Source: Actinobacteria bacterium UBA2236 | GTDB lineage: Bacteria > Actinomycetota > Actinomycetes > Nanopelagicales > Nanopelagicaceae | Length of the DNA: 33,446 nt | Assembly: GCA_002347935.1 (NCBI GenBank) | Contig: DDYK01000050.1 | Coordinates: 1 to 33,446 of the forward strand | Reading direction: 5' to 3' | In this document: piece after piece, positions 1 to 8,326 of the stretch | Layout of the letters: each line of letters starts with the position of its first letter | How positions within the stretch are numbered: position 1 is the stretch's first letter | Translations under genes and position numbers: made by a program | The notes under the pieces: model-generated | The model's database searches: none | What the model saw: only the letters and a program-made list of their open reading frames with translations | Told to the model about the DNA's origin: nothing

Positions 1-87
1 ATCTTGATTGCTGTGAATTACTCTTTGGCTAAGTTTGCGCGAGGATTTAACAACTGAAGGGGCGCCATCGGCAGTAGCCTTAGCCTT

Positions 88-294
88 GTGAGTAAGCAGA
101 ACCAGACCTTAGAAGAGTTCATAAACTCTCTTCCTGAAGAAGAGCGGATTGTGCTTACCCTTTATTTCGTAGGGCGATATAGCATCGAGGAAATTTCAGC
201 AAAAATAGGGGCTCCTGAGCGCTCAGTTAAGGCGGTATTGAGCTCTGGGCGGATGAGAATGAGCTCGGCTTTCAATTTCCCACAAGGGAGCTAG
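88..294 (+). CDS. small sigma-70 region-4 (HTH) domain protein, 68 aa; possibly the C-terminal remnant of an interrupted sigma-factor gene
   Basis: GTG-start ORF. LPEEERIVLTLYFVGRYSIEEISAKIGAPERSVKAVL fits the sigma-70 region 4.2 helix-turn-helix pattern. It is in the same frame as the open frame 1-54, separated only by TGA at 55-57. Confidence 0.5.
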   Translation: MSKQNQTLEEFINSLPEEERIVLTLYFVGRYSIEEISAKIGAPERSVKAVLSSGRMRMSSAFNFPQGS

Positions 295-381
295 ATAAGG
301 GATAATTCTCTCTCCCAGCTTGGCGCTGGGGAGTAGCGCTTAAAAATCTTTGAAGGATTGATTTAGAGAGAAGGCTAATCG

Positions 382-561
382 ATGGCAGCCATGAAACCCC
401 GCACTGGCGATGGACCTATGGAAGTTACCAAGGAAGCCCGGAGCCTAGTGATGCGAATTCCGCTCGAGGGTGGCGGCCGCTTGGTGGTAGAGCTCAATCA
501 AGAAGAGGCTCGAAATCTTGCCGACGTATTAAATGCGTCAATCTCCCTACTTAAGAAGTGA
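382..561 (+). CDS. DUF3117-family small conserved actinobacterial protein (59 aa)
   Basis: Hand-translated, below the ORF-track size cut-off. ATG at 382 follows GAAGG. MAAMKPRTGDGPMEVTKEARSLVMRIPLEGGGRLVVEL matches the near-invariant sequence I recall for DUF3117 proteins. The TGA stop (559-561) overlaps the pepA GTG (558) as GTGA. Confidence 0.8.
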   Translation: MAAMKPRTGDGPMEVTKEARSLVMRIPLEGGGRLVVELNQEEARNLADVLNASISLLKK

Positions 562-2069
562 ACCTACCGATTCCGAAACTCGGAACGGTAAATCTTCCGG
601 GGGAAATCTCGGATAAATTTTTTAAAGGCTTTACACATATCGCCCTTCCTATAAAGGCAAAAGAAACAAAGACAGAACCTGAGACAGAGATTGTTTTAAG
701 CAAAAAAATAACTAAAAGCATCGAAGCAATCTTTTCAATCTCATTTCTAGATGAGATAAAGAAAAATGGTGGATCTGTAACTGCCAAGGCTGGAGAAGTA
801 ATTGAAATTCCAGTCTTACAAACAAGCGGAGAAGTGGTTCGTATTCTTCTGGTTGGAGTTGGCGAATCCAGTAATTCACACATTAGAAAAGCATCAGCAG
901 CTATTGGCCGAAAAATCAAGGCCAGCAAATCTTCTGTTCTTTCATTCTTAGTTGGAAAGGATAGTGATGCTCAACTTCACTTTATCTCCACTGCGCTTGC
1001 TACATATATTTGGAGTCAGAAAAGTGGGACGAAAAGTCTGACACCAGAGATCACGCTGGTGGGGAGCTTCGCTGATTTATTAGAGCGCTCTAGGGTGCTA
1101 GTTAAATCAACTTGGAAAGCCCGAGATTTAATACAAACCCCCGCCAATATCAAGAACCCAGCTTGGATGGCAGCTCAGGCTAAATCTTTAGCAAAGAGCC
1201 CTACTCTCTCTCTAAAGATTAGATCTGGTAGACAACTGGCAGAGTTTGGCGGGCTTAGCGCTATTGGTAACTCAAGTGCGGAGAATCCACCAAGATTCGT
1301 TGAGTTAAGTTATAAACCAAAGGGATCAAAGAGAGTGCCACATGTGGTCTTAGTTGGTAAAGGAATCACCTTTGATACTGGAGGAGTTTCTTTAAAGCGC
1401 CCTTATGACGTGATGACTGCAATGAAAAGTGATATGGCAGGCGCTGCTTGCGTGCTGATGGCAACAATTGCAGCAGCAGAGTTAAAATTAGATGTTCGAA
1501 TCACAGCGCTACTGATGCTTGCCGAAAACGCTCTTTCAGGCACCTCAACACGTCCATCTGATGTGATTACTCATTACGGTGGAACTACTGTTGAAGTAAT
1601 TAACACTGATGCGGAAGGAAGACTAGTTCTAGCAGATGGTCTTGCTTATGCTGATAAAAATCTAGAGCCCGATTACTTGATTGATGTAGCAACGCTAACT
1701 GGAGCTGCAACACTTGGACTTAGCCGTTATTACGGAGCAATGTATACAAGGGATAGCAAGCTTGCCAGAAAGCTTTCAGATATTGGCGATTACACTGGTG
1801 ATCAAGTCTGGCATATGCCTTTAGTTGATGATTATTCGATTGCTTTAGAGAGCAACATTGCAGACTTTAATCACACCGCTGACAAGTTTAAGTTTCAAGG
1901 TGGCTCAGTTACTGCTGCGCTATTTTTAGAAAACTTTGTTGGCAAGCGAAAGTGGGTTCATCTAGATATTGCTGGTCCTGCCAGATCCGAAGTTGATGCT
2001 GGAGAAAATGTTAAAGGTGGAACGGGATATGGAGTTCGCCTGCTTACCCAGTGGCTAGCGACGCTGTGA
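558..2069 (+). CDS. pepA: leucyl aminopeptidase (M17 family)
   Basis: 503 aa. M17 catalytic-domain motifs VGKGITFDTGGVSLK and NTDAEGRLVLADGLAYA. Confidence 0.9.
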   Translation: MNLPIPKLGTVNLPGEISDKFFKGFTHIALPIKAKETKTEPETEIVLSKKITKSIEAIFSISFLDEIKKNGGSVTAKAGEVIEIPVLQTSGEVVRILLVGVGESSNSHIRKASAAIGRKIKASKSSVLSFLVGKDSDAQLHFISTALATYIWSQKSGTKSLTPEITLVGSFADLLERSRVLVKSTWKARDLIQTPANIKNPAWMAAQAKSLAKSPTLSLKIRSGRQLAEFGGLSAIGNSSAENPPRFVELSYKPKGSKRVPHVVLVGKGITFDTGGVSLKRPYDVMTAMKSDMAGAACVLMATIAAAELKLDVRITALLMLAENALSGTSTRPSDVITHYGGTTVEVINTDAEGRLVLADGLAYADKNLEPDYLIDVATLTGAATLGLSRYYGAMYTRDSKLARKLSDIGDYTGDQVWHMPLVDDYSIALESNIADFNHTADKFKFQGGSVTAALFLENFVGKRKWVHLDIAGPARSEVDAGENVKGGTGYGVRLLTQWLATL

Positions 2070-2737
2070 TGTCCGGTATCGGGGAAAGAGGCTTTACGGA
2101 GAAGTTATTTCCTGAACGTGGAGATATGCGGGCTTTTTCAAATACTTTTATTCCAGAAACTGAGATTATTCAAAAGGCTAGAAGTAGAGGACAAGAAATT
2201 GGCACCTACGATGCCACCCCAGCGGTTGGATCACTGCTTCGCTATCTAACTCATTTGATAGGAGCTAGTTCTATAGTTGAAATTGGAACAGGGGCTGGAG
2301 TTAGTGGTTTATGGATTTTCCAAGCGATGAGTCCCAAGGGTCTATTAACTTCAATTGATGATGAAGTTGAAAATGCTAAGTTAGCTAAGCAGGCTTTTGA
2401 CGAGGCTGGAATAAATTCATCCCGCTATCGCTTAATCACGGGTAATTCTCGAGAAATTGTAGGAAAGCTGGCCGATAGCCTTTATGACATTTTTATTATG
2501 AGAAAGAGTAAAGACTTACTTGATGGGATTGAGAATGCTCACCGCTCACTTCGCCCAGGTGGAGTATTAGTTATTGATCGAGCACTCCTTTCTGGAAAGG
2601 TTACTGATCCCACTCAGAGAGATGAAGATAGCGTGGCCTATCGAGAAGTGATTAAGGTGATTAAGGACTCATCCAGCCTCTGGCTTCCGATGTTGCTCCC
2701 AGTCGGCGATGGCGTAATGGTTGCGACCAAGATTTAA
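2069..2737 (+). CDS. class I SAM-dependent O-methyltransferase (caffeoyl-CoA OMT-like, Rv1220c-like)
   Basis: SAM-binding motif I, VEIGTGAGVSG. Family-3 OMT-like layout. The ATG at 2069 overlaps the pepA TGA by 1 nt. Alternative in-frame starts are GTG 2051 and GTG 2066. Confidence 0.8.
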   Translation: MSGIGERGFTEKLFPERGDMRAFSNTFIPETEIIQKARSRGQEIGTYDATPAVGSLLRYLTHLIGASSIVEIGTGAGVSGLWIFQAMSPKGLLTSIDDEVENAKLAKQAFDEAGINSSRYRLITGNSREIVGKLADSLYDIFIMRKSKDLLDGIENAHRSLRPGGVLVIDRALLSGKVTDPTQRDEDSVAYREVIKVIKDSSSLWLPMLLPVGDGVMVATKI

Positions 2738-2757
2738 CAGGAGAATAGGATAGGTTC

Positions 2758-3096
2758 ATGTTCGGCATTGGAATGGGTGAGTTTCTAGGATTATTAATCC
2801 TAGGCTTATTTCTAGTTGGCCCAGATAAACTACCTGAAGCTGCAAAAGATTTTGCCAGATTTATTCATAAGGTTCGAAACTTCACAACTTATGCCTCGCG
2901 TGAATTGAAAGAGAACCTAGGGCCTGGATTTGAAGATTTGCAAGTTAGTGATTTAACTCCAAAGAAGTTGGCCCAAAAAGTATTGGGCAATGCGCTTGAT
3001 GATGTGAAACCAATTGCCGAAGATTTAAAGAGAGAGGCTAGGGCAAGTAAGAAAGTTATTGATGAGGCAGCAAAAATAGATCCTGATTTGCTATGA
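2758..3096 (+). CDS. tatB: Sec-independent (twin-arginine) translocase subunit TatB
   Basis: N-terminal TM helix followed by an amphipathic helix: MFGIGMGEFLGLLILGLFLVGPDKLPEAAKDFARFI. LGPGFEDL resembles actinobacterial TatB. It lies directly upstream of mrp, as in other Actinobacteria. Confidence 0.8.
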   Translation: MFGIGMGEFLGLLILGLFLVGPDKLPEAAKDFARFIHKVRNFTTYASRELKENLGPGFEDLQVSDLTPKKLAQKVLGNALDDVKPIAEDLKREARASKKVIDEAAKIDPDLL

Positions 3097-4229
3097 GCCT
3101 ATCAAGCGAAGAAGTAATAAGTCAGATTCACGCCGCGCTAGCAACTGTCTCTGACCCTGAACTTCATAGACCACTTCCAGATCTTGGAATGGTTGAAAGT
3201 GTTAATTTTGATGATGCGCTAGCACAGATAAAGATATTACTGACTATCTCAGGATGTCCGATGAGAGATAAGTTAAAAAGTGATGTTAGTAGCGCTGTCT
3301 TGAAAGTTGCTGGGGTTGAAAAAGTTGAACTTGAATTTGGAGTTATGAATGAGGCACAGCGAGATAATGTTAAGAAACTACTACGCGGCGGTCGAGAGAA
3401 GTTCATTCCATTTGCACAACCAGACTCCTTAACTAGAGTCTGGGCCATTTCATCTGGCAAGGGCGGCGTAGGTAAGTCATCAGTAACAGTTAATCTTGCT
3501 GCAGCTCTTAGTAGACGCGGCTTCAAAGTAGGGGTACTAGATGCCGATGTGTATGGACACTCAATTCCAAGGCTTTTGGGTATTGAAGGGCAGAGACCAA
3601 CAGCTATTGATCAGACTTTTATTCCAGTTGAAACCAATGGAATCAAAGTAGTTTCAATTGAGATGTTCAAACCAGATCGCGCAGATCCAGTTGCCTATCG
3701 CGGTCCACTACTTCACAGAGTTTTGGAACAACTCTTAAGTGATGCTTACTGGGGAGATTTAGATTTCTTGCTCCTTGATCTGCCTCCAGGAACAGGCGAT
3801 ATCGCAATTTCTCTTGGTCAACTAATTCCAGGATCAGAAATTATTGTGGTGACAACTCCGCAGATTGCAGCTGCAGAAGTTGCCGAGCGAGCAGGAAGAA
3901 TCGCCCATCAATTGAAGCAACATGTAATTGGAGTAATTGAGAATATGTCTGCCTATACAGATCAGGTAAGTGGAGCTCAGATAGCCCTCTTCGGTCAAGG
4001 CGGAGGGCAGGAAACTGCAAAGAGATTGAGTCAACTTGTTGGCGTAGATGTTCCACTACTTGCGCAAATTTCATTTGATATCAAGCTACGTGAAGGTGGC
4101 GATGAAGGATTACCGATAGTTTTTAGGGATCCAGAATCAGACGCAGCGAAAAGTTTCTTTGCAATTATTGATCAGCTGACCAAGCGAAAGAAATCTTTAC
4201 TTGGCATTCCCCTTGGAGTCGCTACCTAA
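3093..4229 (+). CDS. mrp: Mrp/ApbC-type Fe-S cluster carrier ATPase with N-terminal DUF59 domain
   Basis: DUF59-like N-terminus (VSDPELHRPLPDLGMV). Deviant Walker A SGKGGVGKSS. CxxC-less Mrp/NBP35 core. ATGA overlap with tatB. Confidence 0.9.
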   Translation: MSLSSEEVISQIHAALATVSDPELHRPLPDLGMVESVNFDDALAQIKILLTISGCPMRDKLKSDVSSAVLKVAGVEKVELEFGVMNEAQRDNVKKLLRGGREKFIPFAQPDSLTRVWAISSGKGGVGKSSVTVNLAAALSRRGFKVGVLDADVYGHSIPRLLGIEGQRPTAIDQTFIPVETNGIKVVSIEMFKPDRADPVAYRGPLLHRVLEQLLSDAYWGDLDFLLLDLPPGTGDIAISLGQLIPGSEIIVVTTPQIAAAEVAERAGRIAHQLKQHVIGVIENMSAYTDQVSGAQIALFGQGGGQETAKRLSQLVGVDVPLLAQISFDIKLREGGDEGLPIVFRDPESDAAKSFFAIIDQLTKRKKSLLGIPLGVAT

Positions 4230-4658
4230 TTTCTCATCAAGCATTTCTTTTATATCGCTTAGAAGATCTTGACGCATGGCTGCAATCTCTCTGACCATAA
4301 ATTCAGTAACTGCCAAGTTGCGCTCATCTCGATCACGATCCTCTTGAGAAGTCACGCGGTCTCTATCTGCTTGTCGATTTTGAGCCAGCAAAATTAGCGG
4401 AGCAGCGTAAGAGGCTTGTAGCGAGAGCATAAATGTCAGGAATATGTAGGGATATTCATCAAAGCGCAGGTTTTCTGGCGCAAAAAAGTTCCAGATAATC
4501 CAGGTTGCAACAAAGACTGTCATGTATACCAAGAAACGTGCCGTGCCGATAAAGCGAGCAAATGCCTCTGAGATGCGACCGATTACTTCTGGGTCATAAT
4601 TGGGACGCAGAGAGCGACGAGACTCTCTTGGGGTTTCAAGTTTCGAGATAGTAGCCAT
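4197..4658 (-). CDS. DUF1003-family membrane protein (Rv1231c-like)
   Basis: Two TM helices (FLVYMTVFVATWIIWNF, IFLTFMLSLQASYAAPLILL) followed by QNRQADRDR, which is typical of DUF1003. I prefer the ATG at 4658, 2 nt after the upstream gene's stop. The ORF-track start at 4688 is the alternative. Confidence 0.75.
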   Translation of the reverse strand: MATISKLETPRESRRSLRPNYDPEVIGRISEAFARFIGTARFLVYMTVFVATWIIWNFFAPENLRFDEYPYIFLTFMLSLQASYAAPLILLAQNRQADRDRVTSQEDRDRDERNLAVTEFMVREIAAMRQDLLSDIKEMLDEKLGSDSKGNAK

Positions 4659-4660
4659 GA

Positions 4661-5902
4661 TTATTTCCCTGCCTCGCTCCTGCGCCAATTCACAGGCAGT
4701 AAGTGATCAAGAACATCATCAACTGTTACAGCGCCTAGTAATCGATCATGTTCATCAACTACGGGAGCAGCTAGTAAGTTGTAGTTGGCCAAGTGGCGAA
4801 CGACATCATTGAGCGGTGTATCAGCAGATATTGCATTTGTCTCTCGCTCAGCTACTACCGCCAGCGATAAGGCAGGAGGCTCACGAAGTAGGCGTTGCAT
4901 GTGGACTACACCCACCAGTCTTCCAGTAGGCGTCTCAAGAGGTGCACGGCAGATAAACACCTGAGCAGAAGATGCAGCAGATACATCTTTCTGTCTAAGC
5001 ACAGCTAGCGCTTGGGCAACAGTGGCGTCACCAGCAAGAATTACTGGATCAGTTGTCATCATGCCACCGGCCGAGAAATCTTCATATGCCATTAGGCGAC
5101 GAACATCTTGGGCTTCATTATCTTCCATCAGACTTAAAAGGCTTTCAGCTTTTTCACTTCCGACTTCTTTAAGAACATCAGCAGCATCGTCAGGATTCAT
5201 CTCGCTTAGCACATCAGCAACTAGCTCGCCTTCGAGCAGAGAAAGAAGAGCGAGACGATCTGAATCATCCATCTCCTCTAGAACATCAGCCAATTTCTCA
5301 TCATCTAATGTGTGAGCAATTTCTCTCTGACGATTAACTTCCAGCTCACGAAGAGCAGCAGCTATATCTTGTGCAGGAAGTTGAGTTATATCCTCAGTTG
5401 ACGAACTTACATTTGGAATGTGAGAGGAAACTTCAATCTCAACGCTGCTCCAGGGAAGTGTTTGTGTTGAACGACGCCTAAAAGATTTAGATTTTTCTTG
5501 AACATGAACATGTTCGGCATACCAATCTCTGTTATCGCGAAGTTCCATGCCAATATCTTCAATTACCACGGTATTACCGTTATCTCTAAGGCGAGTTTTA
5601 TGATCAAGTAACTCACCAAGCAGTGTTATCTCTCCATGCCGTGGCTGATAGCGGCGTATGTTTAAGGAGCCTGTTATAAAGACTCCATTATCGTTAATTG
5701 AGGTTACTCGAGTAATTGGAATAAAGATTTTTCGTCTCTGTGGAACTTGAACGATAAATCCTAAGATTCGTGGAGCTAGGCTGTCTTGTCGTAAGGATGC
5801 AACAGCATCGCGTATTTTTCCTACCCGATCGGCATTCGGATCAAATACTGGGGTACCAGCGAGTTTGGCTAAGAAAACTCGAGTTAATTCTTTTGTTCGC
5901 AT
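4661..5902 (-). CDS. soluble PRC-barrel / MgtE N-terminal domain / CBS-pair protein with no membrane domain (Rv1232c-like)
   Basis: MgtE_N-like acidic helical repeats (LADVLEEMDDSDRLALL, VADVLSEMNPDDAADVLKEV) followed by a CBS pair. No TM segment. The ATG at 5902 has GGAGGG 5-10 nt upstream. The ORF-track start is 5965. Confidence 0.8.
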   Translation of the reverse strand: MRTKELTRVFLAKLAGTPVFDPNADRVGKIRDAVASLRQDSLAPRILGFIVQVPQRRKIFIPITRVTSINDNGVFITGSLNIRRYQPRHGEITLLGELLDHKTRLRDNGNTVVIEDIGMELRDNRDWYAEHVHVQEKSKSFRRRSTQTLPWSSVEIEVSSHIPNVSSSTEDITQLPAQDIAAALRELEVNRQREIAHTLDDEKLADVLEEMDDSDRLALLSLLEGELVADVLSEMNPDDAADVLKEVGSEKAESLLSLMEDNEAQDVRRLMAYEDFSAGGMMTTDPVILAGDATVAQALAVLRQKDVSAASSAQVFICRAPLETPTGRLVGVVHMQRLLREPPALSLAVVAERETNAISADTPLNDVVRHLANYNLLAAPVVDEHDRLLGAVTVDDVLDHLLPVNWRRSEAGK

Positions 5903-5971
5903 CAGGTCCCTCCATAGGCCAAGGCTATCGGATAGTAGGTTGAGCCGGTGCGCGATCAGAACCACACTCAG

Positions 5972-6844
5972 ATGCCCAGTGGTCGTGATATTCCATTATT
6001 GCTTCTTGGAGTAATTGGAATTGGAACCTCAGGACCCGTAATTGCTTTGAGCGCTATGCCAATCATCACCTTGATTTTTTGGCGAAACCTTGGGGGAGCG
6101 TTAGTCATGGCGCCCTTTGCTTTGAAAAATGGTCAGTGGTTAAGAATTGAGAATCGTCGTGGTCTGGTCTGGTCAATGGCGGCCGGTATTGTTCTAGCGC
6201 TTCACTTTATTGGATTTTTTATAGCAATGAGATACACCACCGTGGCGGCCGGGACTGCTCTCACCGCTCTTCAACCAATTTTTGCCGCTTACTTTGTTAA
6301 AAAATTAGGCGGCCATATTCCAAGGCGGGCTTGGGTTGGAATGATTATCAGCTTTATCGGGGTTCTAATTATTACTGGAGTAGATTTTCAGATTTCAACT
6401 AGAGCTTTCTTTGGTGATGTAGCAGCAATTATTTGTGCAGCTCTTGCTGCGCTATATGTTTTACTAGGCTCCAAAGCGCAACAAACTCTGGCAACTTCTA
6501 CCTATACCACGTTATGTTATTTAACCTGTGCGCTAACAGCGCTTCCGATTGCACTTATCACTGGCGTGCAGCTCATTGGCTTTGAAGCCAAGCAATGGTG
6601 GTTATTGCTTGCTTTAATTTTAGGAGCCCAAATTCTTGGCCATACGATGTTTAATTTCTCGCTTAAGAGAGTATCTCCTGCAATTGTTTCCTTAATTGTT
6701 TTCTTTGAAGTTCCAGTTGGCGCTCTTCTTGCTTTTTGGTGGCTTGATCAATTGCCACCAGCTGGAACTGTTCCCGGTTTGATTCTTTTATTGGCAGGGT
6801 GTGCGATATTTGTTATACGAAGCAAGGATGAAGAAAGACGATAG
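5972..6844 (+). CDS. EamA/DMT-family transporter (about 10 TM)
   Basis: Two repeated 5-TM halves with hydrophobic, Gly-rich helices typical of EamA. The ATG at 5972 is preferred; GTG at 5948 is the alternative. Confidence 0.8.
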   Translation: MPSGRDIPLLLLGVIGIGTSGPVIALSAMPIITLIFWRNLGGALVMAPFALKNGQWLRIENRRGLVWSMAAGIVLALHFIGFFIAMRYTTVAAGTALTALQPIFAAYFVKKLGGHIPRRAWVGMIISFIGVLIITGVDFQISTRAFFGDVAAIICAALAALYVLLGSKAQQTLATSTYTTLCYLTCALTALPIALITGVQLIGFEAKQWWLLLALILGAQILGHTMFNFSLKRVSPAIVSLIVFFEVPVGALLAFWWLDQLPPAGTVPGLILLLAGCAIFVIRSKDEERR

Positions 6845-6854
6845 CCTTACCCTC

Positions 6855-7718
6855 ATGCTCATTGATTTACATACCCATACCAATGCAAGCGATGGAACGG
6901 ACACCCCATCTGGCTTAATTGATAAAGCAATTGCTGCCGGCATAAGCGTATTGGCTATAACAGATCATGACACGACTCGTGGCTGGCAGGAAGCATCTAG
7001 CGCACTGCTTAATCATCCCTCTGGCTCTGATATGGAATTGGTCTTGGGCTCTGAAATATCTTGCCAAGATGAAGATGGGCTAAGTATTCATATGCTGGGA
7101 CTGCTATTTGATTCTGGCCATCAAACTCTCATCGATGAACTTGATAAGACTCGGGAGCATCGCCTATTTCGTATGGAAAAGATAATTACCCGACTTAATG
7201 AAGCTGGAATTGAAATTAGCTTAGATGAGGTCTATGCCATGCGAACCGGAGATGCCACTCTAGGCCGGCCACATCTAGCCGATGCCTTAGTTGCTAAAGG
7301 TCATGTGGCATCGCGACAGGAAGCATTTGAAATTTTCTTACATAATAAGTCTAAATATTATGTTAATCACTATTCACCTACCCCAGAGGCTGCGATCAGG
7401 CTAATTAAGCAGGCCGGGGGTGTTGCAGTAATTGCTCATCCATTTGCTTCAAAACGTGGCAAAACTCTAAAGATTGAGGCATTTGATCAATTAATTGCCG
7501 CTGGCCTTGATGGAATTGAAGTTGATCACCCCGATCACTCAGAGAGTGAGAAATCTGAGCTGGTTTCGCTAGCAATAGCGCGAAATCTTATTATTACGGG
7601 AGCAAGTGATTATCACGGAGATGGAAAACTAAACCGATTAGCGCAATTTACGACTAATCCAGAACAATGGGCCCAGCTTGAGTCAAGAGCAAATCAGCGA
7701 AGGGTTGTTAAGCGATGA
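6855..7718 (+). CDS. PHP-domain metal-dependent phosphoesterase (TrpH/YciV-like)
   Basis: PHP motifs: IDLHTHTNASDG at the N-terminus, ITDHDT, AHP and SDYHG. I chose the ATG at 6855 so that the protein begins MLIDLHTHT. Confidence 0.8.
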   Translation: MLIDLHTHTNASDGTDTPSGLIDKAIAAGISVLAITDHDTTRGWQEASSALLNHPSGSDMELVLGSEISCQDEDGLSIHMLGLLFDSGHQTLIDELDKTREHRLFRMEKIITRLNEAGIEISLDEVYAMRTGDATLGRPHLADALVAKGHVASRQEAFEIFLHNKSKYYVNHYSPTPEAAIRLIKQAGGVAVIAHPFASKRGKTLKIEAFDQLIAAGLDGIEVDHPDHSESEKSELVSLAIARNLIITGASDYHGDGKLNRLAQFTTNPEQWAQLESRANQRRVVKR

Positions 7719-8326
7719 GTGATATCAGCACAATTACATTTGGTTTGCAGGCTTTTGTTACTTTACTTGTAATTCTAGATCCGCCAGGTGCAACTCCAAT
7801 ATTTTTATCAGTTCTAGGAGATCGCACTCGTCGCCAAAGAACTCTTCTTGCCTGGCAAGCTGCTGGCACTTCACTATTTGTCATTACTTTATTTGCTCTC
7901 TTTGGCCAATTTATCGTTGATTATCTTGAGATTTCGATGCCAGCCTTAAGAGGAGCTGGTGGGCTACTACTGCTATTGGTTTCACTAGATTTACTAAAAG
8001 GAAGTGATTTTAGCGGTGGCGGGAAAGTCCCAAAGAACTTAGCTTTGGTGCCACTTGGAACCCCGCTATTGGCAGGCCCAGGGGCAATTGTGACCATCAT
8101 GCTCTTTAGCCAAGAAGTATCTAGTACCTCTATGACTTTTGCGCTCTCACTTGCGGTACTTGGAGCACATTTCATTATTGGACTAACTCTGATGTTCTCG
8201 CTGGGGATTGTGAGAATCATTAAGGAATCTGGAGTAGCTCTCCTTGCAAAAATTGCCGGTCTTCTAACCGCTGCAATTGCATTTGAAATGCTAATGACTG
8301 GAATTAAGGATTTAATTGCCTCATGA
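7715..8326 (+). CDS. MarC-family (UPF0056) integral membrane protein
   Basis: Six hydrophobic segments. DPPGATPIFLSV and AGGLLLLLVSLDLL motifs resemble MarC. ATGA overlap with the PHP gene. Confidence 0.85.
   Translation: MSDISTITFGLQAFVTLLVILDPPGATPIFLSVLGDRTRRQRTLLAWQAAGTSLFVITLFALFGQFIVDYLEISMPALRGAGGLLLLLVSLDLLKGSDFSGGGKVPKNLALVPLGTPLLAGPGAIVTIMLFSQEVSSTSMTFALSLAVLGAHFIIGLTLMFSLGIVRIIKESGVALLAKIAGLLTAAIAFEMLMTGIKDLIAS

Noticed and set aside
312-333. A GC-rich hairpin (CTCCCAGC / GCTGGGGAG with one bulged G) 18 nt after the small sigma-like ORF, considered as a terminator.
   Set aside because: The stem is imperfect and no T-tract follows it. It could be an I-shaped terminator, but the sequence alone does not support calling it.
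551-928. Numerous 60-125-aa antisense or off-frame ORFs in the track. Examples: 551-928, 3164-3526, 3834-4074, 4600-4812, 5022-5315, 7921-8220, 8564-8758, 9158-9376, 9896-10090, 11179-11637, 12091-12875, 17114-17350, 17964-18644, 19967-20278, 23330-23641, 24006-24539, 25095-25886, 27632-27823, 28503-28754, 29990-30426 and 33100-33417.
   Set aside because: Each lies entirely within a longer ORF that has clear family motifs on the other strand or in another frame. Their translations are low-complexity or motif-free.
5925-5935. The small palindrome CTATC-g-GATAG in the divergent region between the MgtE-N/CBS and EamA genes.
   Set aside because: Arms of 5 bp are expected by chance at this scale, and there is no second copy.
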